Below the pieces are notes generated by a model. It did not search any database. It had not been told where the DNA came from and worked only from the letters and a program-made list of their open reading frames with translations. From Octopus bimaculoides (taxonomy: Eukaryota), in NCBI RefSeq assembly GCF_001194135.2, contig NC_068988.1:13407305-13471304 (forward strand): a DNA stretch of 64,000 nt, read 5' to 3'. Position 1 is the stretch's first letter. The number at the start of each line of letters is the position of its first letter. A program made the position numbers and the translations under genes. Shown piece by piece: positions 36,101 through 51,168 of this stretch.

Positions 36101-39100
36101 AAAATTATTTTAAAATTAACACAGCATTTATTATATGTGATCTATTTATAGCCAGTTGGCCATCTGACTTGATTTTGGTGATTATTAAACAAAAGATGAC
36201 AAACTGAACATTTAAGTATGAGACGGATGAAATTCTTTGAAATTTAGACAACCCTGGTTTTGCGGGGAGAAAAGCGATAATTGTAGTGTTAATAGGTTTT
36301 CTAGAATTATATTCTAAGTAAATGATGTATTATCAGACTCAGTAATTTGTAAGTTTATTATTTAATTTAAAATTACTTCAAGCTATAGCTAGGTTCATTT
36401 TGGATAGAATGTGATTTTTTTTTGCTTTTACACAATATTTTAAGATTGATGTTTAAAGCAAAAATGTTAGACAAGAGTCCTTGTTGTTGATGTGTGAGTT
36501 AGTGTTTGATGTCACTGTTATCTGTGATGTGCTTTGGTCACTGCTAATGCTCTTGACACTGTTAATTATTTTTACCTACTCGTATTCTCTTTGTTTCAAG
36601 ATATAGAGTAAATGCAAATAGCAAGACAGATTTCTATTTCTATTTTCTACATCAGGTCTTGTTTTAGTTTGCTTTGCATTTTAACGTTTCTGCTGCCATT
36701 GCACCCTCTCCTATCTCCTATAGCCACCAATATAAAAGTACATGACTTAGGTCACTAAGTACTCTCTATACACTTACACACTTGTTCCTTTTACATACCA
36801 ATTGTGGCCTTTCTGCCATCATAGTACTCTCGCTTTAGCAGAGATGGCATTGGTTTGTGAGCCCCTTTAGAATAGTCCTTTTAAGGACTTAACTCTCTAG
36901 GATTGTTGCCACAAGAAAACACACCTAGTGCAATCTGTAAAGCTGTTGGCAATAGGAAAGGTATTCATCCATAGAAACTAAACCAAATGGTACATTTGAC
37001 CACTAATCTATGAGAGCAATGACTCCCAATCAGAAATGACTTGAACTGTGATGGCCCATCTAACCTATGCTAGCATGGGAAATGGACATAAATTGATGAT
37101 GATGAGACAAAAGAAAGATTTCTACAGAATGAAATGAAAGATTGACTGTAATATAATTGATTACTTTGAACAAATTGGATAGGGGCACTGCTAACCAAAA
37201 GAAATAAAAGTCTTTTCAAGGTTTTATAATTATAACATGTCAAATATTTTAATTTTAGATTTCAGTATCAATGAAAAATCGAATAAGAAATATAGGCCAG
37301 TTCCCCACCATTTACATCTACAACTTTACTGTAATTAAGTTAATACTAATAATAATGAACATTGAAATAATTAAAAATATTGCAAAATTCAAAATGGAAA
37401 TGAAAAAAAGTCCATATTTTTCCTTCCATTTTCTTTCTTTCTCTCATTTTTTTTTCCAATTAAAAAATATATTTAGACATTCAACTCCATTATTTAATAG
37501 CAGTAGTTTAAATATGAAAAGTTATTTTTAGACCAAAGTATGAGACCATGACAAGAATTAAAAGATCAATGTTTTACTGGCCGTTTTACCCCATTTGAAA
37601 TCATTCCCCTCTACTCTTTCTAATGTGTTTATTGTCTCATGACAGTTATGCATAATAAAACAAATTCAGTTAAGTTTAATTTTCTCTGATCCTCATTTAG
37701 CATAAATCTATTTTTAGAAACTAATAACTTTTATCTTTATAATTTGCTCTCTCTTTCACCACTTAAAACTATATGCTTCATTGCACACTATTTCCCCACC
37801 TTCAGCACATGGACATCAGATTAAACTGTTCTTTCTGTGTAAGTACAGAAGGGAAAAAAGAAAATTCCATTTAAACCAAGATTAATAATGTGCATCTAAA
37901 GCCAAGCATTAAAAAAACATGTAAAAAGTGTCAATTAGTGACCAGGTTTGGCTGTTGGCCAATGGAAAGGAATCCAACACATAACAACCACCACCACCAC
38001 CACCACCACCACTGCATCTGGTTGTCATTAAGTATTTATTGCTGCTTCCCCCTGGACATAACATTACTTCTGAGATTATGCTTCAGTGTGGTGGCAATCT
38101 GTTGTTGATTATCTTTTTGAAAATAAATACTATCAATTAGCACAGAGAGAGAGAGAGGCTGTTAACATTAATTGATTCATCAATGTTTGTTTTATACTAA
38201 TGGAGCTTTAATATTTATGTATTTTATATTGCATTTTGTGAACAATAGTATCATTGGTCAAGTTTATGAGGGGCCAATCATTGGTTCATGACATTTTCAA
38301 TAGCAAGAGTGACAAGGAAGTTATCTGAGCAACTTGTGCAGAATAAATACCACAATATTATTTTTTGTTTGAAAGCAGCAGTTTATCAGATTTCTCACCA
38401 ATGTCCACACCCTTTGCTGCTGTATATTGTTTAAATATATACATATTCATGCACACACACACAGCACATTCACATATACAGTAGGATTCCATACAGTTTA
38501 CAAGTTGCTCAGATAACTTCCTTGTCACTCTTGCTATTGAAAATGTCATGAATCAGTGATTGGCCTCTCATAAACTTAACCAACGATACTATTGCTCACA
38601 AAAAATGCAATATAAAATACATAAATATTAAAGCACCGTTAGTATAAAACAAACAATGATGAATCAATTCTATATAGTTTACATATATAACATTCCACTC
38701 TCATATTAGTTGGACAGTAAGAGGCTATTGTAGAAGACACATGCCCATAGTGTAATACAGTGAGATTGAATATGGAACAACAATAAAGTGAATTTGGTAG
38801 ATAAAATCTGCCTGAAGTTATGTATGTGTCCATCCATGCCTGTTTTTATGTTTAACACTGGTCAAAAAAAGGAAATGCTGATGTTATTTATGCTGTGTCC
38901 CTTTACATCTTATAAACTAGTGGATTGATAAAATAAGTACTGGGCTATAGGCATGGCTGTGAGGTTAAAAGTTTGCTCCCAAACCACATGGTTTCAAGTT
39001 CAGTCACACTGTATGACACCTTGGGTAGGTGTCTTCTACTACGGCCCCAGGACAATCAAAGCTTTGTGAGTGGATTCAGTAGATGAAAACTGAAAGATGC

Positions 39101-39142
<42 letters not shown>

Positions 39143-42100
39143 AAAATGAAAAATAATAATAAGACAGAATGCTAAACTGGACGCGTATTTTAATAAAGAT
39201 TTCTAACCGGCTTTCATTGCAGAGCAAATTTTCAAGAAGAGGGAAAATGAAAATGTTTTTTACAAAGAAGTACAAAATGAATAAAATAATATATAAAAAA
39301 ATAAATATACCAATACATTATATTGTCTTTGAGCTTTTGAAGTTCAATGGTAATTCATGTATATAATGGTTGGAAAAATAAGGATGCATGAGAATTGAGA
39401 GTTGTGTTAGGTTTAGAAAAAGGGTTAAAAGTTTGTGTTAAGCAGGAAGTATGGTGTCAAAACAGGAAGTGTGTGTAAGAGGAGACAAATGTTTTTAGTT
39501 GGAGTTATGAACTCTTTTTCAACAGGAAGAAAGATGTAAAATCAAAGAAACAAGATAAATTCACAGTATGCTTGAGAGAGAGAGAAAGAGAGAGAGGTGG
39601 GGAATTAATGCAGTTAATCATTTTAATAGTTTGAAGTAAGTAATTAGAATATATAAAGAGGCAAATCAAATAAGATATTGGTGTATTGATTTTTCAGACA
39701 ATTGAACAGAAATAGTAAATTACAATTATGCTCAGAAGATACAGTTTCATTAAATTTATCCACATAGTGATTATGGGCAACAAGATTTTCTAAAACAACA
39801 ACCTATGTATCAACATGAATTTCCTCTTGTAGGAAAGGAAATAATATAAATGGCTAAAGATGTACATTTGATAAAAAAAAGACTGGGAGCAAGGGATAAC
39901 AAAAAANNNNNNNNNNGGGGGGGGGGGGCAAAAAAAAACATTTGAAGAAATTGTTTTTTTTCTGCCCTGAGGAAGAAGGGCAGCAACAAATAGAATACGT
40001 ATGCTCTGCAAAACATGAACAGGGAGTGTATTCCATATGGTTGTGGTTTTGGTGAAGAAGGATTAGAAAAAGCATTTAGAGAAGGTCTCTGGTCTGAGAA
40101 TAACTTATACATATCCAGGTAAGAGGTGAGTGACAAGGAAGACAGAATCTATGCAAGCACAGAAATTAGCTTTTGGAATGAAGTTAGAACTCTCTGGACA
40201 GCAGAGATTGATTGAAGACAGGGATTAAGAAATTTGTATCATGGAGAGGAATAGGATATATGATCTGCATTTGAGTAAGAGATGTTGAGTGCGATCTAAG
40301 TTGGAACAAAATCCATGGATAATTGGCGAAGAGGAGGGAGATTGTCCAAAGGGTTTATTTATTTATTTATTTTCATTTTGGGGACAAGTAGACGGTGAAA
40401 GTGTATTAATTTCTTCCTCTGTTTCCCTGCTACAAGTCTCAGAGGTTATTCAAAAAGAAATGGTGAAGGGCTCTGTATTCCATACCATGACTCAGAACAA
40501 AAAAAAACAACAAAAAAACCCCACAACAGAATAAGAAGGGGATAATTAAAAGAAAAAGATAGGTATATCAAAGTGTCAAAAGAAACATGGGATGTTTCAA
40601 GAAGCAGATGAGATTGTAGGAGTAGTAATTGTAGAAGAGACATAGGAAAAGTCCTAGATGTCAGTGGAGTAGTGGTTAGGGTAGATTGGTAAGTGAAGGT
40701 TGCTTATCTGTCAATGGGTCTTTATTTTGGATGCGGAAGGTAATAGTGGAAAGTGGTGGTGTTGGTGATGATGAAGAAATTGTATTTTTAATACTAAATT
40801 ACAATGAAATAGAATAAATTATAAATATAATTTCACTGTATTTAAGAGCCCAGGGATTCATTTATCTCAATCATATCATTTTCTTGTATGAATGATTCTA
40901 ACTTTATTTTATCTCTTTCAGGGAATTTATGAAAAATATATACAGCAAATAAGATGCAACAAATTTGATTAAATCCCGAAACACATATGGCTGCCTCAAA
41001 GCATTTGATGTTCTGTATGGTGATAACCTTACTGCAAATTATTGAATGGAAATAGCGTTCATAGCTGTTAATAAATGTGTAATTGAATGCAGCCACAAAT
41101 ACTAATTAAAGACTACAGACACTTATCCTTGCAATATCTGTAGATATTCCAGCATAATATTTCAATAGGTTAGCAGAGCACTCTTTACTGAATATTAAAA
41201 CAAGATAGATTAAAAAAAAAAACCCATGTAGATATCATGCATAAATGTGAGATATAAGAGAGAAAGATAAATAAAATTAGAGGCAGAGATTTCAAAAATG
41301 ATAGTGAAAATATTTTTTGTTTTGGTAGGGAAGAATGAAATTAGTGAAGTGTGGAAAGCAAAAGCTATTGTAGTAACAGAAGAGATAATATGTAAAAATT
41401 GTTGGTTAGAGTTTGCATTTCTTTAGATACTGTCTAGTTATCAAGGAGTTTGAACAGTGTCATAACAGTAGTCTATAGTTAGGTGTATCTATATTTTGTA
41501 AAGAAAGTATGTTCAGTGATGAAGTTCTTTATCTCTAAAGAGTGAAGAATTGTTCTCTATATGAAATGATGTTATTTTCGTTGTACTATTTTCTGTACTG
41601 AGTAGTGAATAAATGTCAACATATTTCCTATGTTTATACAATTATAAGTTTTCAGACTATTAAGTTCATCATTAGGGACGACATATCTAATATTCACATC
41701 TACTACTACTATAACAAAAACATATCAATCCTTTGAACTCCACTGTTGCTCTTCTAATATAATGTAGTTCTATCATGCATGGCATAAAAAGTTCTTTCAC
41801 AGTTGGAGGCACATCATTCCACCTGGTTTAATATCACCATCTAACCCATGGTTGCCTTTACTGGAGATCCAGCCTAATTCTAGAAAAAAAAGGGAAACCC
41901 TCTGGACAATTTTTCCTCCTCTAGTTATTCCATGGATTTTGTTTCAACTCAAATCTCACTTATTTCTTTGTTACATGCAAACTCACATCCTATTACTCTC
42001 CAAGGCACAGATCTTTCAACTCCATCACTGCTGTCCTGACAAGAATTTCTATTAGATTCCATTCTCCCCGCCATTCAACTGGTTATCAACAATAATAGCT

Positions 42101-45100
42101 TCTAGCCACTCTGACCCAAAGCCTCCCTCCCACAATCCCCAAAATACATCTGTTCTTTCTATTGCTCTCCTAACTCCTTAAACTACCAGCTTCTCTTCAA
42201 CTATGTCTCCTCAGTTGAGGTCATATATCTCAATCCCTCACCAAAGCCAGTGACTTCAGTGTTCATTAGTGGCTCTCTCACTTAATTCACATTGATGTGA
42301 AGAAGCAGATAAGAAGATTCGCCAAAGTTATTTGGATGCATTTAGTAAGTGACAGAACTGAATGGGAAAATAAAACATTACAAATCTTTTAAGATTCCAA
42401 AGGAGAGATTAGAAAACATTCCCTGAATTTATTTCACATGAGAGATGCCATAAAAGGAAACAGATGATACAGAAGAAAACACTTACTTCAGCATTATAAA
42501 ATTTTGTCTTAACATCAAGGGGTTTCAAGACCTGTAAAAAAAAAACATTTAGAGAGTCAAAGCTAAAATCAATACCTCAATCACATGGATGATATTAAAA
42601 AAAAGTAAATAAAAATTGAAGAGAAGTAGAGGTTAAAATATTTTCATATTTATTTTTAATTCTATTGAAAAAATAATATCATCCTGGAGGAGCTTTCTAC
42701 TTTCACTATAGTTGGTAATGTCTTAAGAAAAGGTAGAAATCTCATGACTTATTTTTCTTCCTAAAATTCTGATGAATCTTATTTCTTTTTTGACATTTAA
42801 ATGTCTTTGATTCGTATTTCTTCAAATCTACCTTGTCACACAAACAACACAGAAACTCCACTCATTGAAGCAGCCTAGCATGAATTCTGCCTGAGTGACT
42901 AAGATATCTACTAACACAATAATAAATTAATAATAATAAAACAATAACAAAAACAATGCACTGTTTAATGAAAAAAACTGATAAGATAGTGGAAAAAGTA
43001 CTCTATTATTAAGATATTTTCTGAATGAATTGGAACCTTAGTTTTGAAACTAAGTATTTTATTGTTTTTATATGGGATGTGTTCAAAGTTATGTTAGCAC
43101 CTTAAAATTTATAAAAGATTTTATCAGAAGATTTTACCAAATTCTTAAACTGCCTATTTTTCATTTTGTTTTCTCTATATCAGTGGTAAAAGTCTATAAA
43201 AAAGAATCTGATTTTTCCAAAATAATAAATGATGTTCTTCACATAAGGCCCCACTGCACAAAACTGATTTGTATTGTTCACCATTTTCACTTACTGACAT
43301 AGCATTACATTGAAGGTAACTGCCTAGCAACTCATTTAATAAACACAGGTAATATTATATCAGATGGTTGCATACAAGCCATTGTGCTAATATACTTTAA
43401 CATTTAAGACTGCAAAAAGTATGTAAACAATTTGATATTGTCACATGAAAGGGAATAGACTTTCCATAATCATAACACATATCTGAGTACTTTTGCTTAT
43501 CACTTGACATCTCAGATTTCAATTTCATTTAATAGACTGTATCTAACATACAAAAAAATGTGCTTTCTTTTACTTGACAATATTGGCAATTGTTTGCCAG
43601 TGTTTTTCATAAAGAGTTAATAAACTATATCAAATTCCACTGTGTTGTTTGTATGAAATGTCTTCATAATAACAATGTTTGACAATATCAAATGGTTTTA
43701 CCTACATTTTCATCATAAACTGGAGATCTATATTTATACGATTGCCCTATTTATTACACGAGATGTCTTAAAAACAATGAGTGCTTACAAGAATATGAAA
43801 AACATGTGATATTTTTATGACCTAGCTAATCAGAAAAGATTAGCTTTACTTATAAAAACTCACCTGAAATTTGAAGAACTTGCGGAAAGCCATTTTATCA
43901 CCAGATTCCGTGACATAACTAACTGCACACACCAGACTGTAACCAAAAATAGATAATGTTGTTTTGAGTGTGAAATGAATATTATTTATTAACAAAACAT
44001 TTATAAGATACAAATATGAAGAAACTAAAACTCCAAGATAAAATGAAGACCAAATTTCCCATTCATTTCATGAGACATCATTTCACAGTTGGTACACTTT
44101 ATAAGAAGGACTATGTTAATTTTAAATACATTTGTATTTTGCTAATGTGTTTGGCTTTATTTCTTGTTGAACATTTTTTCTCTACATTAGAAGCATGCTA
44201 TCTCTATGGAATATGATGGGTAGATTGCTGATCCTAAGTCATGGGCTCACATTCTGCTTGATTACTCAGTTTATTTCAATCTATATACCTGCTAATACAC
44301 TCCATTCCATGGCAGGGTGACTAATATTAGGAAAGCATCCACATGTTAATACCAGCCTCAGTAAGTCATACAAGTATTTGAATATAAATAGTTCAGAAAT
44401 TTAGTAAATCAGGTATAACAATAATATTTAAAAATGAGTTTATAAAGTACTTTGTTAATTAGGAATTTTGTAGTAAAAAGAAGCAGGTGTAAAAGAGACT
44501 ATATTTTATAGCCCTCATATGTATTTTTCAATAAGGACTTAACAGCCATAAAGTGCAGGCATTATGCATCCCAGGAAAGGCAGAAAGAAAAAAAAAGAAT
44601 AAAAAAGAGCACCTATGTTTTGACTTTATGAGATCTAACTACAGTTAAAGAAAAATCCCCAAGAAATAATTATTTTAGGAATATAGCATAAATAATCCAA
44701 CGACCCAATAAGCTAGTAATAATAAAAAAAGAAAAAGCTAAAATTAAAAAAAGTAAAAAAAAACAATAACCCAACAACACAAGACAAGAAAAAATGAAAA
44801 GAAAAAAGTAATATAATAAAAGGAGAAAATATAAAAGAGCAAGTATTTTTTTGTGTCTGGCAACTACTGTCTCAGAAGAATCTGAGAATGAGTTATTAAT
44901 AATACATGGAAAAAATATATTAATGTTTATTATTATTAATGTTAATCATCGTCATTGTCATCACCATTATTATTATAGTAAATTAAGAAAATATTGTGTT
45001 GTTGTTTAGTTGTATGTCAGCCCTGATGAAGCAGACTTGTGTCATGTAGGTAGTTGGTCAAGCAACAAAATGTGATCCAGAAACTCAATGTTCCAGATAA

Positions 45101-48100
45101 GCCGTGAATAGTATGGGTTTAATTAAGGCCCATACTGTATATTAACATAACAACAGTTAATAGTATAGGGTATAGCATTACAGTCTAGATATGTTGCACT
45201 CTCTCCACTGCCTGCTCTATATCTCCTGCTGTTGTTTAACCATATTAGGTCATCTCTAATTAAGCAGGCTTAAGATCAAAAATGTTCTGGCTGAGACTGT
45301 CCATCCACACTGCCCAATGTGGATGGTTAGTCTTTTTTTTAAGACAGCAGATTGCACATTAACAGAGTTTTGGCTGCTATTTCTAACAGGTTGAGTAACC
45401 ATGTAAAATTATTTCTGTTGGCCAAATATGGTGCCTATGCATATGTGTATCCATTTACTTTCTTTAGTATATCCTGAACATGTGCTCTTACATGTTGTAC
45501 AAGTATTTGTATGTAATTCCTAGTATTTTTGTATTTTTGTCTTGTGGGTGTTGAGTGTGATGGTTGGTTGTATATAATGTTCTCTAGTGTTGCAAGCAAG
45601 AAAGGAAATGATAGGTTTGGCAAGTCTGTTGTTTTGAAGTTCAGTTTCTAGGTGATTGACATAGAATTAGAGTAGTTTGGAGTAGTTTTGCGTTTGTCTG
45701 AACAATGGTCTAAGGATGATACTGTAATTTTATCTGCTTTTGAGGATGTGTGGATGTTTTGAGCAGGTCATGTGGGTCAAAGGTTAAAAAGAAAATGAGT
45801 GAAAGAACAAATCATTGTGGTACTCCACTCAAAGAATAAAAAATTCTAGTTGTTTTGTTGTACTTTCAAAACAATGTATCAATCACCATCTGGTGCAGTT
45901 TGCTCATGACTACAGTACTGTATTTTGGTAAACTTTGACTTCCATTCTAATAAATCACCTCACACCATGTCAGTATTTTATCTACATAAATTAACAGGTG
46001 GACCAATGACTGATGAGGTGTGATGATTTAGATCAGTGGTTCTCAATCCAGAGTTCACATGACCCTTGGGGGTCCGTATAAGGTTTTGTTATTAAAGTTT
46101 ATGTGCAATAAATTGGTTACATTTCTACAATGTACAAAATATTTTAACAATTTAAAAAAATATAATTCCTAATAATATTTAATTATAAAAATATAATAGG
46201 ATTTTTTAAAACATTGAATGGGTATGAAGGTCCAGTAGAGTAAAATAGGAATCAAATGGGTCCATAGGTAAAAAAATGGTCGAGAAACACCAATCTGTAT
46301 CTAGTAGGTTTGGTGATTTGTTACAAAATGGACAATGAGGAATTTGGAAGAGCTGTAAGTCTGTGTGAAATTTGTTTCAAATAGGGAAAAAAAATTTATG
46401 AAGGACTTTTCTAATGTTGCAGTTAGCATATGAAGGGGACAATTGAACTGTGTACAATGTCACAAGTGATAACAGAATTTCTAATTGGGAAGAACATCTA
46501 CTGAAAACAATCCCAAATTCGGACAACTTGTGAAGAAAACAGGTGGTGATCAAATTGTGAAGGTGTTTACTATGATCTGTAAAAATTATCATCTGACTAT
46601 CCATGATATTTCTGAAAAAAGTACATGTTTGTATAATTTTATGCTACAAGATTTTAGAAGAAAATTTAGAGATGCATCATATAACTATAAAAGTCTGCTG
46701 AGAGGTGAACAAAAAGAGAATTCAGCCAGTCAGAAGTTGATTGATCATTAGAATGCTGATGAAAACATTCTGAATGTGATATAACTGGTGATGAATCAAG
46801 GGGTGATGACTACAGTGTTGAACAGAAAGTTGGTTGATGAAGTGAGGAGTTGGATAATAAGACAAATAAAATATAAAAAAGAGGGCACTGAGTTGCTCAA
46901 ATGAGAAAGTGATGTTGATCATCATTTTTGATCAGAGGGGTGTAATTCACATGAGTTTGTTCCATAAGGTCAAATGAACAGTAATGAGTTTTATTAGGCT
47001 GTCCTGAGACATTTGAAAGAAGCAGTGTAAAAGAGAGGCCTAAAGCATGGGCAGACAAACCTTGAATGCTGCAGCACTACAATACAACTCATGCACCACT
47101 CCTTGTTTGTGACATTTTGGTAAAGTACAAGACAACTCTCAGTTCACTCCCAGTTGCCCTACACTCTGGATTTGGTCTCTGTGAACCTTTTTGTTTCATG
47201 AGTTTGAATTTTTTCCCCAAATGGTTACTAATTTCAAACAATAGAAGAGATCAAAGAAAATTTACTATTAGAACTGTGCACTACCGATGGAAAAACAATT
47301 TGGGAGGTATTCCAAAACTGGAAAAATAGTGGGAGAGCTGTACCAACGGGCAATGACCTATTTTGGACAAGACAAATCTGATTAAATTGCAATTAAAGCA
47401 ATAATGTTATTTTTTTAAAAGTCTGGTTTTGTTTTGGACAGATCTTGTATACTACATAGTCTTGGCAAGCTGAGAGACAGTTTGCTAGTCAGCACTTTCT
47501 TTTGTTTCTTAAGGAGGTGTTAAGTATTTTGTTTATAAGTAGTTAACGGGGAATGGAGCCAAAAGCTTTGCTGATGTTAACAGTAATTAGGATAGTCTAG
47601 CTGGGTGGTTTTTTTTTCTTTTTGTGGTTGTTCAAACCATTAGTATTTTTGTGTAAGGTTTAGGAATGGTGAGGTAGTTGGAGTGTCTGAATCCATATTG
47701 TGTGTTAGAGGCAGAAATATGTGGGCTGGTGATGTCCAGAATTTTTTAGGACATGCATATGTGGGTGATAGATCTGTGTGACAATATTTTGATTGATCTT
47801 TTTTTATTGAACTTTAAAATTGTTTTGAGTTGCCCATTTCCAGATTTTGGGTATTTGGCTGTATTGATATGAATAGTTGAAAGTGTTTCTAAGTGCAATA
47901 TTTCCTTTGGTTGTATGCTAGTGATTTTGTCAGTGATGTTTTTAAGATTTTGGATTTCCCTTTCACTTTTCTGGTATCTGATAGAAGGAAGAGGCCAAAA
48001 CTATGACGTAGGTAGAAGACATATATCTTAAGTTTCTATTTTCTATATGCATTCTTCTGGTAGCTGATTTTGGAAAAGTGCTTGTTGTTGGAGCATGAGT

Positions 48101-51100
48101 ATGTTACTTGAAGTTGTTATTGTGACATGTGATGCGATGAGGCCTTTGTGGATGTCGATGCCACTAATTACTTTGTGTGCAATTTTTAATGCTTGTTTTG
48201 TGGTTTACATTGGATGCAAATGTTTGCCAGTTTGCTTTTCTTTGTCTAGTTGCTTGATGCTCAATTTTATTTCTGTAATGCATCATTGTTGGTGTATTAT
48301 GTTTGAGGTTGTCCCAAGTTTTTTCAGGTTAACTTTTCAGGTTGTATTTTTTTAATGCTGCCTCAAATGACATGCTTTTGAAAACGCCTACAATTACTCT
48401 GTTGAATACATGTAGTGCAGTGTCTATTATGTCGGAGAATTTAGTGTTGAGTTATGCAAGTCTTAATCCGGTTTTTCAATGAAAAGTGATTCTACTGTCC
48501 TTTTTGTTAATAAAAGTATTAGTTTTGTTCACTGATGAGCATGTTTTAATGATAGATGTGTAGCAAGAGGAGATTCGATGGGATATTTAGCAGTCTATTT
48601 TTGATGGTTAGGCATGTGAAGCAGAAAGGGATCCATGGTGAGGTGTTATTGTAGTTGGATTAATTAGTGGAGTGTGTCAGTGTGGATTGTTTAGGATATG
48701 TAATGCTCTTGTGCAATAACTCGTGTTATCTGCATTGATGCTGTGCCCCATGATGTTTGGGAGTGTTTAAGGGTGTTGTGGTTGAGGTATGTAACTTTGT
48801 AGGATGTTAGCTGAGGCTGGGTGGTATGTATATACTCTTTACTCTTTTACTTGTTTCAGTCATTTGACTGCGGCCATGCTGGAGCACCACCTTTAGTTGA
48901 GCGCAAATCGACCCCAGGACTTATTCTTTGTAAGCCTAGTACTTATTCTACCAGTCTCTTTTGCTGAACCGCTAAGTTACGGGGACGTAAACACACCAGC
49001 ATCGGTTGTCAAGCGATGTTGGGAGGACAAACACAGACACACAAACACACACACATACATNNNNNNNNNNNNNNNNNNNNNNNNNNTATATATATATATA
49101 TATATATATATCTCACCTAAATTACATCTTTAAAAAATAGGATGCACTTGATCATGTAACCCTGGATACTCTTACTAATATGGGATGGCCATGATTGGAA
49201 TGTAATTAATCAGATCTAACCAGAAGATAAACAACAAACACAATAACTGCACCAATAGCAAGCATATATTCAGGTATACAAAATCCATTCTGTATATTCT
49301 TTCGTCTTGAAAGCTCCTTCCACTTAGCGACTTCACTGGTGCTAGTGGCATGAAAAAAAAAAAAAAAAGCATCCAGTACACACTGTAAAGTGGTTGGCAT
49401 TAGGAGGGGCCAAGTTGGAAAACAGACATTAATTGATTATAATGATGATATCCTAATATGGAAAAAACAGATGGAAACAAAATCTCCATCTTAAACCATG
49501 GGATTAAGATTCATTTAGTTTTCAGTATTGAAATTAAATGGAAAATCTTAGAATTCTATAAGAAAGCATTTGGTGCTGTTCTGCTAGTCAGCATACAGTG
49601 CTAAGATTTTGCCAAACTCTAGCAGCAGCAGTAGCCATAAGTGCTACTCTCATATAAAGTAATGAAGAGATTATTATTTTTTTCTTTTTTATCAGTTGCC
49701 ATTATAGTTATCTCTTGATTTCTTGGAAAGTTCATAAGAGTGGAAAATGCTATTCTATTTTCTGAATGGATTCTGAAACTTGTTAAAGAAAGGTACTTTA
49801 AATTTAAATAATTTTCACCCCTAATTCTTAATACTTTTTGAAAATAACAGTTCTTTTAATGTATTTATATTTTGTAAATATGATTATTAAAAAATATAGC
49901 AAAAAAAGAAGGAAAACATTCTATAAAGCTCAAAAATAATTGTCCTTATTTTGTTGCAAATAAGTAAAAGGTTGTGAGCATAGCACCTCTACGATATTTA
50001 ATTCATACTGTGGGAACCTATATATGATTGCTTAACCTGGTAGAAATAGCAGTTAAGTCTCCATTAACTATCACTACACCATCTTTAAAAAAGAAGTAGG
50101 ACTCACTGGATACATTTTCTCATATATAATCTGAATACATCTGATCATATATAGTCTGCTGAATAAGAGCTGAGCTGGGATTAAACAACAATAATAACCA
50201 ATTTATAAAAAAAAAAAAAGATAAAATAAAATAAAATGTTGACCTTCATCCTTCTGTATACAATTTAAGCTACCACAATGAGGTTAGAATACTGGTCCAT
50301 TTAAATGGATACCCGCATGAGGATTTTTGATGTAAGAAGATCAATACATAGGAATTGGCCACAACATTCTTCACAAGAGAACTGTTAACAATATATTATC
50401 TGAGTAGAAGTCATTATCATCATTATCATCATCATCATCATCATTTAATGTCTATGTTCTATGCTGGCATAGGTTCTATTAGTTATACTTGTCACACCTG
50501 TGTATTGGAACCTATTTAATCTCCAAAGTATCACTCAAGATTCGGTCATCATGTAGTGACTCATATGGGAGATAAACTATGAATATTCTTTCATTGCATT
50601 CTCCATGAAGGATTTGGATTCATTTATAGCAGGATAATGAAAAACTTGTTAATTACTCTATGAGTCGTATCTCCCCATTGTACCCATTTACATGTAAGTG
50701 GACTAAAAATGGTATCTGATAAAATGTAACAAAATTGTTAGCTTCAGCAGGATTCAAACCACATCAGTTATAATCTATTAAAACATATGGCATAGTTTTG
50801 GTTGTGTACATAAGTTGGGGATGTTAATGTTAGCTAATTTTAACAATTCAGTGTCTGCATGTTAACATGCAGAGAACTACTCAGCCCAGTAAGAGTTAAT
50901 TTTACAGGGATACTGATAATATAAAAATAAAAATGAAAAAAAAAAAGACATGGAAATAAAAAATTCCAAGAAGAGAAAAGACAATTGTAGTTTCTAAAAT
51001 TGTCACTGGAAGTCTCTTGTTATTAAGTTTGTAATTTAATTCCCCCCCACCCCCACCCAAAAGTGCTGAGTGTTAACTTGAAGGGAAAAAAATTAGGGAA

Positions 51101-51133
51101 CAATTTTATTATCAGAAAGTCAAGTAATGCAAT

Positions 51134-51168
<35 letters not shown>

